Below, one piece after another: positions 9,351 through 17,337 of a stretch of 64,000 bases of DNA; the first letter of the stretch is position 1; each line of letters starts with the position of its first letter. The DNA lies in assembly GCA_038040395.1 (NCBI GenBank), contig JBBPIJ010000003.1, positions 127,131 through 191,130 of the forward strand. Reading direction: 5' to 3'. The notes under the pieces were generated by a model that was not told the origin of the DNA, made no database searches, and saw only the letters and a program-made list of their open reading frames with translations. This DNA is from Actinomycetota bacterium. Lineage in GTDB: Bacteria > Actinomycetota > Thermoleophilia > Gaiellales > Gaiellaceae. Position numbers and translations under genes: made by a program.

Positions 9351-10766
9351 CTAGCCGACGGGTGCGGCCGCGGCTCGTCGCAGTTCCTCTCCGAAGCGCG
9401 CTCGGCGGATGAACTCGCCGACGCCTGGTTGCCCGACGAGCTCGTCGCCCTCGACGAGCACTCGGCCACGCAGCAGCACGACCTGCGGTGCGCCCGTCAC
9501 CTCGGTGCCCTCGAAGATGTTGTAGTCGCTCTTGGAGTGGTGCGTCGAGGCTGAGATCGTCACCTTGCTCTCCGGGTCGAAGACGACGAGGTCGGCGTCC
9601 GAGCCGACGGCGATTGTGCCCTTGCGCGGATAGAGGCCGAAGTAGCGCGCGGGGTTCGTCGAGAGCAGCTCGACCATCCGATTCAGCGAGATCCGGCCGG
9701 CGCGCACGCCGAACTCGTGGATCATCTGCAACCGGTTCTCGAGGCCGGGCGCGCCGTTTGGGATCTTCGAGAAGTCGTCGCGGCCCATCGTCTTCTGGCC
9801 GTCCCAGAGGAACGCGCAATGGTCGGTCGAGATCACCGACAAGACGTCGTTCTCGACCGCCCGCCACAGCACGTCATGGTTCTCCTTCGCCCGCGGCGGC
9901 GGCGTGTACACGTACTTCGCGCCCTCGAAGTCGGGCCGCTCCAGGTAGCTCTGATCGATGAAGAAGTACTGCGTGCACGTCTCGCCCCACACGTCCCAGC
10001 CCTTCTTGCGCGCGAGCTCGATCGGCTCGACCGACTCCTGGCACGAGACGTGGACGACGTAGAGCTTGCAGCCGGCGACGCGCGCGAGCTGGATCGCCCG
10101 GTTCGTCGCCTCGCCTTCCGTCTCCGGCGGCCGCGTCAGCGCGTGGAAGCGCGGCTCGGTCTTGCCCTCGGCCAGAGCCTCCTTCACCAGCACGTCGATC
10201 GCGTCGCCGTTCTCGGCATGCACCATCACGAGCGCGCCCGTCTCGGCGGCGACCTGCATAACGCGGAAAAGCGTCTCGTCGTCGACCATCAGCGCGCCCT
10301 TGTAAGCCATGAAGAGTTTGTAGCTCGTGATCCCCTGGTCGGGCAGCGCCGCGAGCTCCTCGAGCGTCCCGCCCTCCTTCAAGTCGGTGACCGCCATGTG
10401 GTAGCCCATGTCGATCACCTGTTTGCCGTTCGCCTTCGCCTTCCATTCGTCGAAAGCGGCGGAGAACGACATGCCCTGTGGCTGGATGATGAAGTCGACG
10501 TGGCAGGTCGTTCCGCCGAACGCGGCCGAGGTCTGGCCGGACTCGACGTCGTCGATCGTGACCGTGCCGCCGAATGGCATGTCGAGATGCGTGTGCGGGT
10601 CGACGCCGCCGGGCAACACGTACTTCCCGGTCGCGTCGATCACCCTGTCCGCCTGCTGGTCGAGCGACTCGCCGATCAGCGTCACCGTCTCGTCCTCGAC
10701 GTAGATGTCGGCGACGTAGTCGTCAGCGGCGGTGACGATTCGCCCGCCTTTGATCAGTACGGACAT
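9351..10766 (-). CDS. Dihydropyrimidinase / D-hydantoinase
   Basis: It starts MSVLIKGGRIV and has the HxH metal site PGGVDPHTHLDMPF, plus SYKLFMAYKG, VHAENGD and STDHC. I chose the start at the internal Met; the track ORF extends 16 codons further. Confidence 0.85.
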   Translation of the reverse strand: MSVLIKGGRIVTAADDYVADIYVEDETVTLIGESLDQQADRVIDATGKYVLPGGVDPHTHLDMPFGGTVTIDDVESGQTSAAFGGTTCHVDFIIQPQGMSFSAAFDEWKAKANGKQVIDMGYHMAVTDLKEGGTLEELAALPDQGITSYKLFMAYKGALMVDDETLFRVMQVAAETGALVMVHAENGDAIDVLVKEALAEGKTEPRFHALTRPPETEGEATNRAIQLARVAGCKLYVVHVSCQESVEPIELARKKGWDVWGETCTQYFFIDQSYLERPDFEGAKYVYTPPPRAKENHDVLWRAVENDVLSVISTDHCAFLWDGQKTMGRDDFSKIPNGAPGLENRLQMIHEFGVRAGRISLNRMVELLSTNPARYFGLYPRKGTIAVGSDADLVVFDPESKVTISASTHHSKSDYNIFEGTEVTGAPQVVLLRGRVLVEGDELVGQPGVGEFIRRARFGEELRRAAAAPVG

Positions 10767-10791
10767 CGCGGCAAGTTTAGGCTCGCACGCG

Positions 10792-12021
10792 ATGCCACTG
10801 GATCCGAGCCGCACCGTCGCCGAGCTTCGCGAGCTGCAGGAGCTGACCGGCGACGCCGACGGCGCTCAGCGCGTCGCCTGGACCGACACGTGGGTGCGCG
10901 CGAAGGACTGGCTCGACGAGAGGGTTCCGCTCGAGGCCGAGGTCGACGAGGCCGGCAACCAGTGGTGGACGCTGCCGGGCCGCTCCGAGAAAGCTGTGTT
11001 GATCGGCGGGCACATCGACTCGGTGCCGAACGGCGGCTGGCTGGACGGGGCGCTGAACATCGTCGCCGGCGTTGAGGTGCTGCGTCGCCTCGCCGAGGAG
11101 GGGGAGCCGGCAGCGACCGTTCGCCTCGTCAACTGGGCTGACGAGGAGGGCGCGCGCTTTGGCCGCTCGCTGTTCGGCTCGAGCGCCGCCGCCGGCTCGA
11201 TGGGCGACCAGGAGGAGCTGCGTGCGCGGAGGGACGCTGACGGGAACTCCTTGCCCGACGTCCTCGCCGAGCACGGCGTCGATCTCGACAAGGCATCCGA
11301 GGCGAACCTCAAGAATGCTGCGGCTTACCTTGAGCTTCACATCGAGCAGGGTCCCGTGCTGGAATCGCTCAACCTGCCGCTCGGCGTCGTCCTCGGCACC
11401 TTCGGCGTCGAGCGTCACCAGGTCACTTTTCGCGGTCAGGCGGCCCACGCGGGCTCAACGCCGATGGACGTCCGCCGCGACGCGCTCGCCGGCGCCGCGA
11501 AGCTCGAGCTCGAGATCCGCGAGATTGCCAGAGCAACAGGCGACGGCGCTGTGTGCACCATGGGCAGTGTCGTCACGAAGCCCGGGATCGTGACCTCGGT
11601 CGTCGAGACGGCCGAATGCCTGCTCGACCAGCGGCATCTGGACCCTTTCGCTCTCGGGGCGATGCTGGAGGCGGCGAAGAACGCCTCGGAGCGGATTGCG
11701 AAGGGCGAAAACATTGAGGTCGATTGGGAACGGATCTGGCAGATCGAGCCGATCCTCTTCGACGACGAGCTCATTGAGCTCGCCGACGAGTCGATCCGCG
11801 AGGTCGCCGGCACGTCGCATCGGCTCCCAAGCGGGCCACTGCACGACGCGGCCGAGGTCTCCCGCGCGGGAGTGCCCACGGTGATGCTCTTCGTCCAGAG
11901 CCTGCGCGGCCTGTCGCACACCAAGCTCGAGGACACGAAGAAAGAGCACCTCGAGCTCGCCGTGCAGGCGCTCGACCGCCTCGCCGACCGGACGATCGCC
12001 TGGGTCTCGTCGCGTTCCTAG
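10792..12021 (+). CDS. M20-family Zn amidohydrolase (allantoate amidohydrolase / N-carbamoyl-amino-acid hydrolase type)
   Basis: Motifs GGHIDSVPNGGWLDGALN, NWADEEGARFG and HIEQGPVLE are present. It is divergent from the hydantoinase gene, with a 25-nt gap. Confidence 0.8.
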   Translation: MPLDPSRTVAELRELQELTGDADGAQRVAWTDTWVRAKDWLDERVPLEAEVDEAGNQWWTLPGRSEKAVLIGGHIDSVPNGGWLDGALNIVAGVEVLRRLAEEGEPAATVRLVNWADEEGARFGRSLFGSSAAAGSMGDQEELRARRDADGNSLPDVLAEHGVDLDKASEANLKNAAAYLELHIEQGPVLESLNLPLGVVLGTFGVERHQVTFRGQAAHAGSTPMDVRRDALAGAAKLELEIREIARATGDGAVCTMGSVVTKPGIVTSVVETAECLLDQRHLDPFALGAMLEAAKNASERIAKGENIEVDWERIWQIEPILFDDELIELADESIREVAGTSHRLPSGPLHDAAEVSRAGVPTVMLFVQSLRGLSHTKLEDTKKEHLELAVQALDRLADRTIAWVSSRS

Positions 12022-12145
12022 AAAGACACGACCCGCCGAGAGGCGGGCCGAAGTCTGGTGAAGCGGGGAACCACCCCGCGCGCGACCCACAACCGATTCG
12101 CATCGTAGCGAACCACCACGCCAGCTTCGACCCACCGTATCGGCG

Positions 12146-12233
12146 CGGAGGGCACCGGACTCGAACCGGAACCGGTGGTGAGCCGGTCGCTCTGGTTGTG
12201 GGCCAGGCATCTCACCTTGAGATTTCACCCTCC
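12146..12233 (-). tRNA. 88-nt tRNA-like gene with long variable arm and tRNA-Sec/allo-tRNA-like geometry; anticodon loop atypical (possible pseudo-tRNA)
   Basis: The reverse complement reads GGAGGGTG-AA-ATCTC/AAGGT/GAGAT-G-CCTGG/CCCACAA/CCAGA-..ACCGG/CTCACCA/CCGGT..-CCGG/TTCGAGT/CCGG-TGCCCTCC-G. The T-loop is canonical. The acceptor pairing is 7-8 bp, the T-stem 4 bp and the D-arm compact. Position 33 of the best anticodon loop is C, not U. Confidence 0.4.
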
Positions 12234-12352
12234 GCCACGCGAGCGTACGACCGAGTCTCGGCGCTTCAGTCGTTTGCAGACGCCTTGGAGCAGAGTCGAC
12301 ACACTTCCGCGGCCCCGAGTACCACGACGAGAGCCCGGATCCCGACGGGAGT

Positions 12353-13378
12353 ATGCTCCGAAACTTGCTGAGCTTCGGCGTTACCGTCATGCCGGACCCG
12401 CCCTACGGGCGCCTGATCGAGCTCTTTCAGCGCGCCGAGGAGCAGGGCTTCGAGTACGGGTGGACGTACGACTCGCACATCCTCTGGCAGGAGTCCTACG
12501 CGCTTCTGCCGCTCGCCGCGGCCCAGACAAAGACCCTCAAGCTCGGCCACTGCGTCACGAATCCGGGCATCCGCGACCCGACGATCACGGCGAGCTGGTA
12601 CGCGACCATGCAGGACGTCTCCAAGGGCCGGATGGTGATGGGCATCGGCCGCGGCGACTCCTCGCGGCGCGTCGTCGGCCTCAAGCCCGTCAAGATCGTC
12701 GAGTTCGAGCGGCGTCTGCGGATGATGAAGGACCTGATGAACGGCCGCCCGGTCGAGTGGAACGAGAAGGATCTCACGCTCGAGTGGGCCCGCGAGCTAC
12801 CGGAGATCCCGATGCACGTCGCGGCCTACGGGCCACGTGCGCTCGGCGTCGCGGGCCGCGTCGGCGACGGCGTCATCATCCAGCTCGCCGACCCGCAGAT
12901 CATCCAGTGGATCATGGAGACGGCCCGCACCGCGGCCACCGAGGAGGGCCGCGACCCCGACGCGCTCGAGTGCATCGTCTGCGCGCCGAGCCACATCGGC
13001 GACGACATCGCCGACGCGCGCGAGCAGGTGCGCTGGTTCCCGGCGATGGTCTCGAACCACGTCATGGACCTGATCGAGCGCTACGGCTTCGACTCCGAGA
13101 TCCCGGCGGCGCTGACCGACTACGTGAAGGCGCGGAAGTTCTACGACTACAAGGACCACAGCCGGGTCGGCGCCAAGCACGGCGAGTTTGTCACCGACGA
13201 GATCTGCGACCGCTTCTGTGTGCTGGGGACGGCCGAGCAGGCGACGGAGAAACTGAAGGAGCTCGAGTCGATCGGCGTCGACCAGTTCAACATCTACCTG
13301 ATGACCGAGGGCCAAGACGAAACGCTCGCCGCCTATGGCAAGGAGATCATCCCGCAGTTCAGCGGTGTCGCGGCTTAG
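12353..13378 (+). CDS. LLM-class (luciferase-like) oxidoreductase, probably F420-dependent
   Basis: The N-terminus FGVTVMPDPPY..GFEYGWTYDSHILWQE, plus GHCVTNPGIRDP and MGIGRGDS, fit TIM-barrel LLM proteins of the F420-dependent type. Confidence 0.75.
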   Translation: MLRNLLSFGVTVMPDPPYGRLIELFQRAEEQGFEYGWTYDSHILWQESYALLPLAAAQTKTLKLGHCVTNPGIRDPTITASWYATMQDVSKGRMVMGIGRGDSSRRVVGLKPVKIVEFERRLRMMKDLMNGRPVEWNEKDLTLEWARELPEIPMHVAAYGPRALGVAGRVGDGVIIQLADPQIIQWIMETARTAATEEGRDPDALECIVCAPSHIGDDIADAREQVRWFPAMVSNHVMDLIERYGFDSEIPAALTDYVKARKFYDYKDHSRVGAKHGEFVTDEICDRFCVLGTAEQATEKLKELESIGVDQFNIYLMTEGQDETLAAYGKEIIPQFSGVAA

Positions 13379-13511
13379 GGCGAGACCTCCTCTTCGCAGC
13401 GTGTGGTCCGGGCAGCGAGTGCGAGCCCACCTCGCCTATGTCGACCAATCGGATGCTTCAAAGAATCCCGGGGTGGCGAAGGCGTGCTGCCCGCTCCATC
13501 ATTCCAGGGAA

Positions 13512-15998
13512 ATGCGCGATCTTCCCTCTGGAACGGTCACCTTTCTCTTCACGGACATCGAGGGCTCGACGTCGCTCCTGAACAACCTCGGTGACGAGTA
13601 CGCCGCCGTTCTCGCCGAACATCGACGGATCCTCCGTTCCGCATTCACGAAGCGCGGGGGGGTCGAGGTCGACACGCAGGGAGACGCATTCTTCTACGCG
13701 TTCACGCGGGCCGGCGATGCGGTCAAGGCGGCGAGCGAGGGGCAAGACGCTCTTGCCGAGGGCCCGCTCCGAGTACGGATCGGAGTTCACACCGGCGAGC
13801 CGCTCGTCACGGACGAGGGCTACGTCGGGCTCGATGTCCACCGCGCAGCGCGCATCGCCGCCACGGCCCACGGAGGGCAGGTGGTGATCTCGCAAACGAC
13901 GCGCGATCTTCTCGATTCCGGGATCGAGCTGCGGGAACTGGGTGCCCACCGCCTAAAGGATCTCGTAGAACCTCAGCGGCTCTACCAACTCGGCTTCGAC
14001 GAGTACCCGCCGCTCAGGAGCCTCAACCAAACGAACCTTCCAATCCAGCTGACGCCGCTCATCGGCCGCGAGCACGAGGTAGAGGATTTGCTCACTGTCC
14101 TCCGCCGCGACGACGTCCGCCTTCTCACCTTGACCGGCGCCGGCGGGACCGGAAAGACCCGTCTTGCTCTTCAAGTGGCGGCTGAGCTGGTCGAGGAGTT
14201 CGAGGATGGTGTCTTCTGGGTTTCACTCGCGTGGATCAGCGATCCCGAACTCATCGTGCCCACGATCGCGCAGACGTTAGGTGTGCGTGAGGTCCCCGGC
14301 GAGTCCCTGCCCGCCACGCTGGTTACCTATATCGACGAGAAGCGGCTTCTGCTCTTGCTCGACAACTTCGAGCAGGTGCTCGGCGCCGCTCCAGCGGTCG
14401 CCGAGATGCTTGCCGCCTGTCCGATGCTGGAGCTCCTTGTCACGAGCCGCGAATGCCTGCACGTCAGCGGCGAGTGGGAGTACCCGCTCCAGCCGCTTGT
14501 CGAGGGTGACGCCGTCGCTCTCTTCAGCGAGCGCGCACGGGCCGCACAGCCCGACTTCAAGGCGAACGCCGCGGTAGGTGCGATCTGCCGGGCGCTGGAC
14601 GGGCTGCCGCTTGCGATCGAGCTCGCGGCAGCCCGCGTCAAGGTGCTTCAGCTCGAACAGATCCTCGCCCGGCTCGAGCACCGGCTCGAGCTGCTCACCG
14701 GCGGTACACGCGACTCGCCTGAGCGACAGCGGACGCTGCGGGCGACGATCGGGTGGAGCTACGACCTGCTCGACGAGGAGGAGCAGTCCATCTTCGCCCG
14801 TCTTGCCGTCTTTGTCGGCGGCTGCACGCTCGCGGCGGCCGAGCAGATCTGCATGGCCGAGCTCGACACGCTCCACTCCCTCGTCGACAAGAGCCTGCTC
14901 CGCCAGACCGAGGGCGGGCGCTTCTCAATGCTGGAGACGATCCGCGAGTACGCGACCGAGCGACTAGATGAGTCGAGCCGGGGGGATGAGCTCCGGCGAC
15001 GGCACGTCGAGCACTACCTCGCGCTCGCCGAGGACGAGAGCGACGAGCGGACCTGGCTCGCTCGACTTGCGGCCGAGCACGACAACGTGCGCGCCGCGCT
15101 CATCTTCCAGCGCGGGGAAGGAGAGCCCGCGCTCTTACTCCGCTTTTGCCGTGTCCTCGGCCCGTTCTGGTTCCTACGCGGGTACTGGGATGAGGGCCGC
15201 ACATGGCTCGAAGACGCACTCGCACTCGCTCCCGAGCCGACGGTGATGAGGGGGAACGCGCTGAGGGAACTCTCTAGCCTCGAGTGGCACCGTGACCTTG
15301 AGCGGGGCCGTGCTGCGGCGGAGGAAGCGATCGCAATCTTCCGTGCTCTCGGCGATGAGGACGGTCTCGCCGGTTCACTGACGTCGGCAGGAACGTTTTT
15401 GAGCATGAGCGGCGCGACAGCCGAGGCAAGGGTGCTTTTCGAGGAAGCGGCCGAGGTGGCGACTCGCTCAGGCAACCGCAAAAACCTCAGCATGGCGCTC
15501 GGCAACCTCGGCTCAGTCGCGTTCATGGAACACGACTACGAGGGTGCGTGCGATTTCTTTGAGCAGGTGCTCGAGATTTCCCGGACGATCGGCCACCGAT
15601 ATGGCACGGCGGTCGCCATCTCCAACCTTGGCATGGCAGCATTTCAGCTCGGCCACTACGCCGACGCACTCACCCGGTTCCAGGAGAGCCTGGTGGTGAG
15701 TCGAGACATTGAATACAAGGAGGGGCTGGCGTACGGCATCCAGTTTGCCGGTGCAGCGTTCGCTTTCCTCGGTGACGCTGCTCGGTCAGCTCGCCTGATG
15801 GGTTACAGCGAGGTCCTTCACGAGGAGCTCGCGAGCAAGCTACCGAGTGACGAAATGGAGATGCGCGATACTGCGCTCGCGGCGCTGAGGCGGCAACTCG
15901 GCGAGCGCCTGGACACCCTGTTCGCCGAAGGTCAGGCACTGGCGTTCGAGGAGGCGATCGAGGCCGCGCTCGCGGAGCCGCGCAGCCGGGCTACTTAG
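13512..15998 (+). CDS. Cyclase / STAND NTPase / TPR protein, alpha subtype
   Basis: It has MRDLPSGTVTFLFTDIEGSTSLLN, TQGDAFFYAF, DVHRAARI, P-loop GAGGTGKTRLA, LLLLDNFEQ and LDGLPLAIELAA, with a TPR-like C-terminus. The start is taken at the conserved MRDLP (the track ORF starts at 13335). Only the last ~35 nt of the shared leader are recognisable upstream. Confidence 0.85.
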   Translation: MRDLPSGTVTFLFTDIEGSTSLLNNLGDEYAAVLAEHRRILRSAFTKRGGVEVDTQGDAFFYAFTRAGDAVKAASEGQDALAEGPLRVRIGVHTGEPLVTDEGYVGLDVHRAARIAATAHGGQVVISQTTRDLLDSGIELRELGAHRLKDLVEPQRLYQLGFDEYPPLRSLNQTNLPIQLTPLIGREHEVEDLLTVLRRDDVRLLTLTGAGGTGKTRLALQVAAELVEEFEDGVFWVSLAWISDPELIVPTIAQTLGVREVPGESLPATLVTYIDEKRLLLLLDNFEQVLGAAPAVAEMLAACPMLELLVTSRECLHVSGEWEYPLQPLVEGDAVALFSERARAAQPDFKANAAVGAICRALDGLPLAIELAAARVKVLQLEQILARLEHRLELLTGGTRDSPERQRTLRATIGWSYDLLDEEEQSIFARLAVFVGGCTLAAAEQICMAELDTLHSLVDKSLLRQTEGGRFSMLETIREYATERLDESSRGDELRRRHVEHYLALAEDESDERTWLARLAAEHDNVRAALIFQRGEGEPALLLRFCRVLGPFWFLRGYWDEGRTWLEDALALAPEPTVMRGNALRELSSLEWHRDLERGRAAAEEAIAIFRALGDEDGLAGSLTSAGTFLSMSGATAEARVLFEEAAEVATRSGNRKNLSMALGNLGSVAFMEHDYEGACDFFEQVLEISRTIGHRYGTAVAISNLGMAAFQLGHYADALTRFQESLVVSRDIEYKEGLAYGIQFAGAAFAFLGDAARSARLMGYSEVLHEELASKLPSDEMEMRDTALAALRRQLGERLDTLFAEGQALAFEEAIEAALAEPRSRAT

Positions 15999-16079
15999 GA
16001 GGCCGGAGCCGCGTTGCCTGGGCCGAGGGGGTCAGCAGAGGAGCCGGCGGGGACGCCTCGGGAATCATGATGTAGCCGC

Positions 16080-17177
16080 ATGGAGCGAACGCACGCTTTG
16101 GCAGGGCTCGCGGCCGTCGGCCTCGTTCTCGGAATAGCTCCGCTTCGGGAGTCAACCCCGGCTCAGGCCCAGGATCGACCCGGCTCCGTCTGGAACGGGG
16201 ACATCTACGTTGTGAATGCAGACGGCAGTGGAAAGATGCGACTGACTCGAGACCCGGCCGAAGAGTTCGACCCCGCCTGGTCTCCCGACGGCACGAAGAT
16301 CGCCTTTTCGCGCTTCACGGGGCGCCGCTACCAGATCTTCGTCATGGATGCAGACGGCACGAACGTCGTGCAGCTCACGTACGGAGACAGCGCCGCCTCA
16401 GACGCAGCCTGGTCACGGGACGGAAGCCGCATTGCGTACACCCTGTGCCGAGGCTCCTGCGACATCTACGTCATGAACGCCGACGGGGATGGCGTGAGGA
16501 GGCTGACGTACGGGGAGCATCCCGGTGACCAGAGCCCGACCTGGTCGCCCGACGGCCGGCGCATCGCGTTCGCCGATCTCACGGGTCTGTTCGTGATGGA
16601 CGCCGACGGCGGCGACTGGCAACGCCTCACGGATGGTCCGGCCGACGACAGCAATCCCGCGTGGTCGCCAACCGGGCCGGAAATAGCCTTCGACGGCTCT
16701 CGAGGCTTGTTCAACGGAGACATCTACGTCGTGAACGCGGACGGCAGTGGGATGGCAAACGTCACGGACAGCCTGCCGCTCGATTCAAATCCGTCGTGGT
16801 CTCCGGACGGGCGGACGATCGCCTTCATGCGGAAGCAACACCGGAGGGCGCGTGCGCGCGTCTTCGTCATGAACGCCGACGGGAGCGTCCAGATGAATCT
16901 CGGCGTCATTGGCGATGCCTACTCGAGGCCGTCGTGGTCTCCGGACGGAACGAGGTTGGCGTACTCCTGGCTGACGGCCTGCATCGTCCCGAGTGTGGCC
17001 GGCAAGACGCTTCAGGAGGCGCGCAGCCGAGTCCGCCGTGCGAGCTGCTCGGTGGGACAGGTCCGGTTCATCGAGTCCGCGCGCCCGCGCGGCACCGTCT
17101 TGTTGCAGCAACCGCAAGCGCGAGCGGAGCGGCGCATCGGGACCAAGGTGAACCTCGTTGCCAGTCGAGGGCGCTGA
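16080..17177 (+). CDS. TolB-like PD40 beta-propeller protein with C-terminal PASTA-like domain
   Basis: It has a signal peptide and repeated WSPDG..IAF / IYV(M/V)NADGSG blades. The C-terminus VPSVAGKTLQEARSRVRRASCSVGQV...GTKVNLVASRG matches the PASTA pattern. Confidence 0.75.
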   Translation: MERTHALAGLAAVGLVLGIAPLRESTPAQAQDRPGSVWNGDIYVVNADGSGKMRLTRDPAEEFDPAWSPDGTKIAFSRFTGRRYQIFVMDADGTNVVQLTYGDSAASDAAWSRDGSRIAYTLCRGSCDIYVMNADGDGVRRLTYGEHPGDQSPTWSPDGRRIAFADLTGLFVMDADGGDWQRLTDGPADDSNPAWSPTGPEIAFDGSRGLFNGDIYVVNADGSGMANVTDSLPLDSNPSWSPDGRTIAFMRKQHRRARARVFVMNADGSVQMNLGVIGDAYSRPSWSPDGTRLAYSWLTACIVPSVAGKTLQEARSRVRRASCSVGQVRFIESARPRGTVLLQQPQARAERRIGTKVNLVASRGR

Positions 17178-17181
17178 CGAG

Positions 17182-17297
17182 ATGCCCCCGGCATGAATCG
17201 AACATGCGCACGCGGTTTAGGAACTAGCGTGCCGAAAGGCTATTTGCAGGGGAAAGTGCGCCTTTCGTGGGGCTGCGCGCCAGTGAATGCGCCAGTG
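17182..17297 (+). repeat. Copy A: tRNA-Arg(CCU) 3'-half-like 41-nt core + conserved ~115-nt module (tRNA sense is on the minus strand)
   Basis: The core TGCCCCCGGCATGAATCGAACATGCGCACGCGGTTTAGGAA lies at 17183-17223. It is followed by CTAGCGTGCCGAAAGGCTATTTGCAGGGGAAAG and TGCGCGCCAGTGAATGCGCCAGT. The ATG of the next gene is 156 nt from the module start. Confidence 0.95.
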
Positions 17298-17337
17298 CTC
17301 TAGCGAAGGTCCGCGGCTCGCCCCATCATTCAGGCGA

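Noticed and set aside
12028-12050. The hairpin cccgcc-gaga-ggcggg after the amidohydrolase gene was considered as an intrinsic terminator.
   Set aside because: The stem is only 6 bp and there is no downstream T-tract. It is possible, but not strong enough to list as a feature.
17182-17196. The repeat starts with a mini-ORF, ATG/GTG-CCC-CCG-GCA-TGA (M-P-P-A-stop). I considered a Pro-Pro leader-peptide or stalling idea.
   Set aside because: The first base is A in eight copies and G in two, so a start codon is always possible. However, there is no consistent Shine-Dalgarno sequence upstream, because the flanks are unrelated. The conservation is fully explained by the tRNA-derived core. The mini-ORF is only demonstrably translated in copy G, as the tail of the upstream gene.
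17182-17224. I considered whether each core is an intact tRNA-Arg gene on the minus strand.
   Set aside because: The sequence 5' of the anticodon loop (..GGCACGCTAG) cannot pair with the 3' anticodon-stem strand ACCGC. No GCCCCCG acceptor 5' strand is present: the best candidate is TCCCCTG in some copies and is absent in others. Only positions ~32-73 are tRNA-like.
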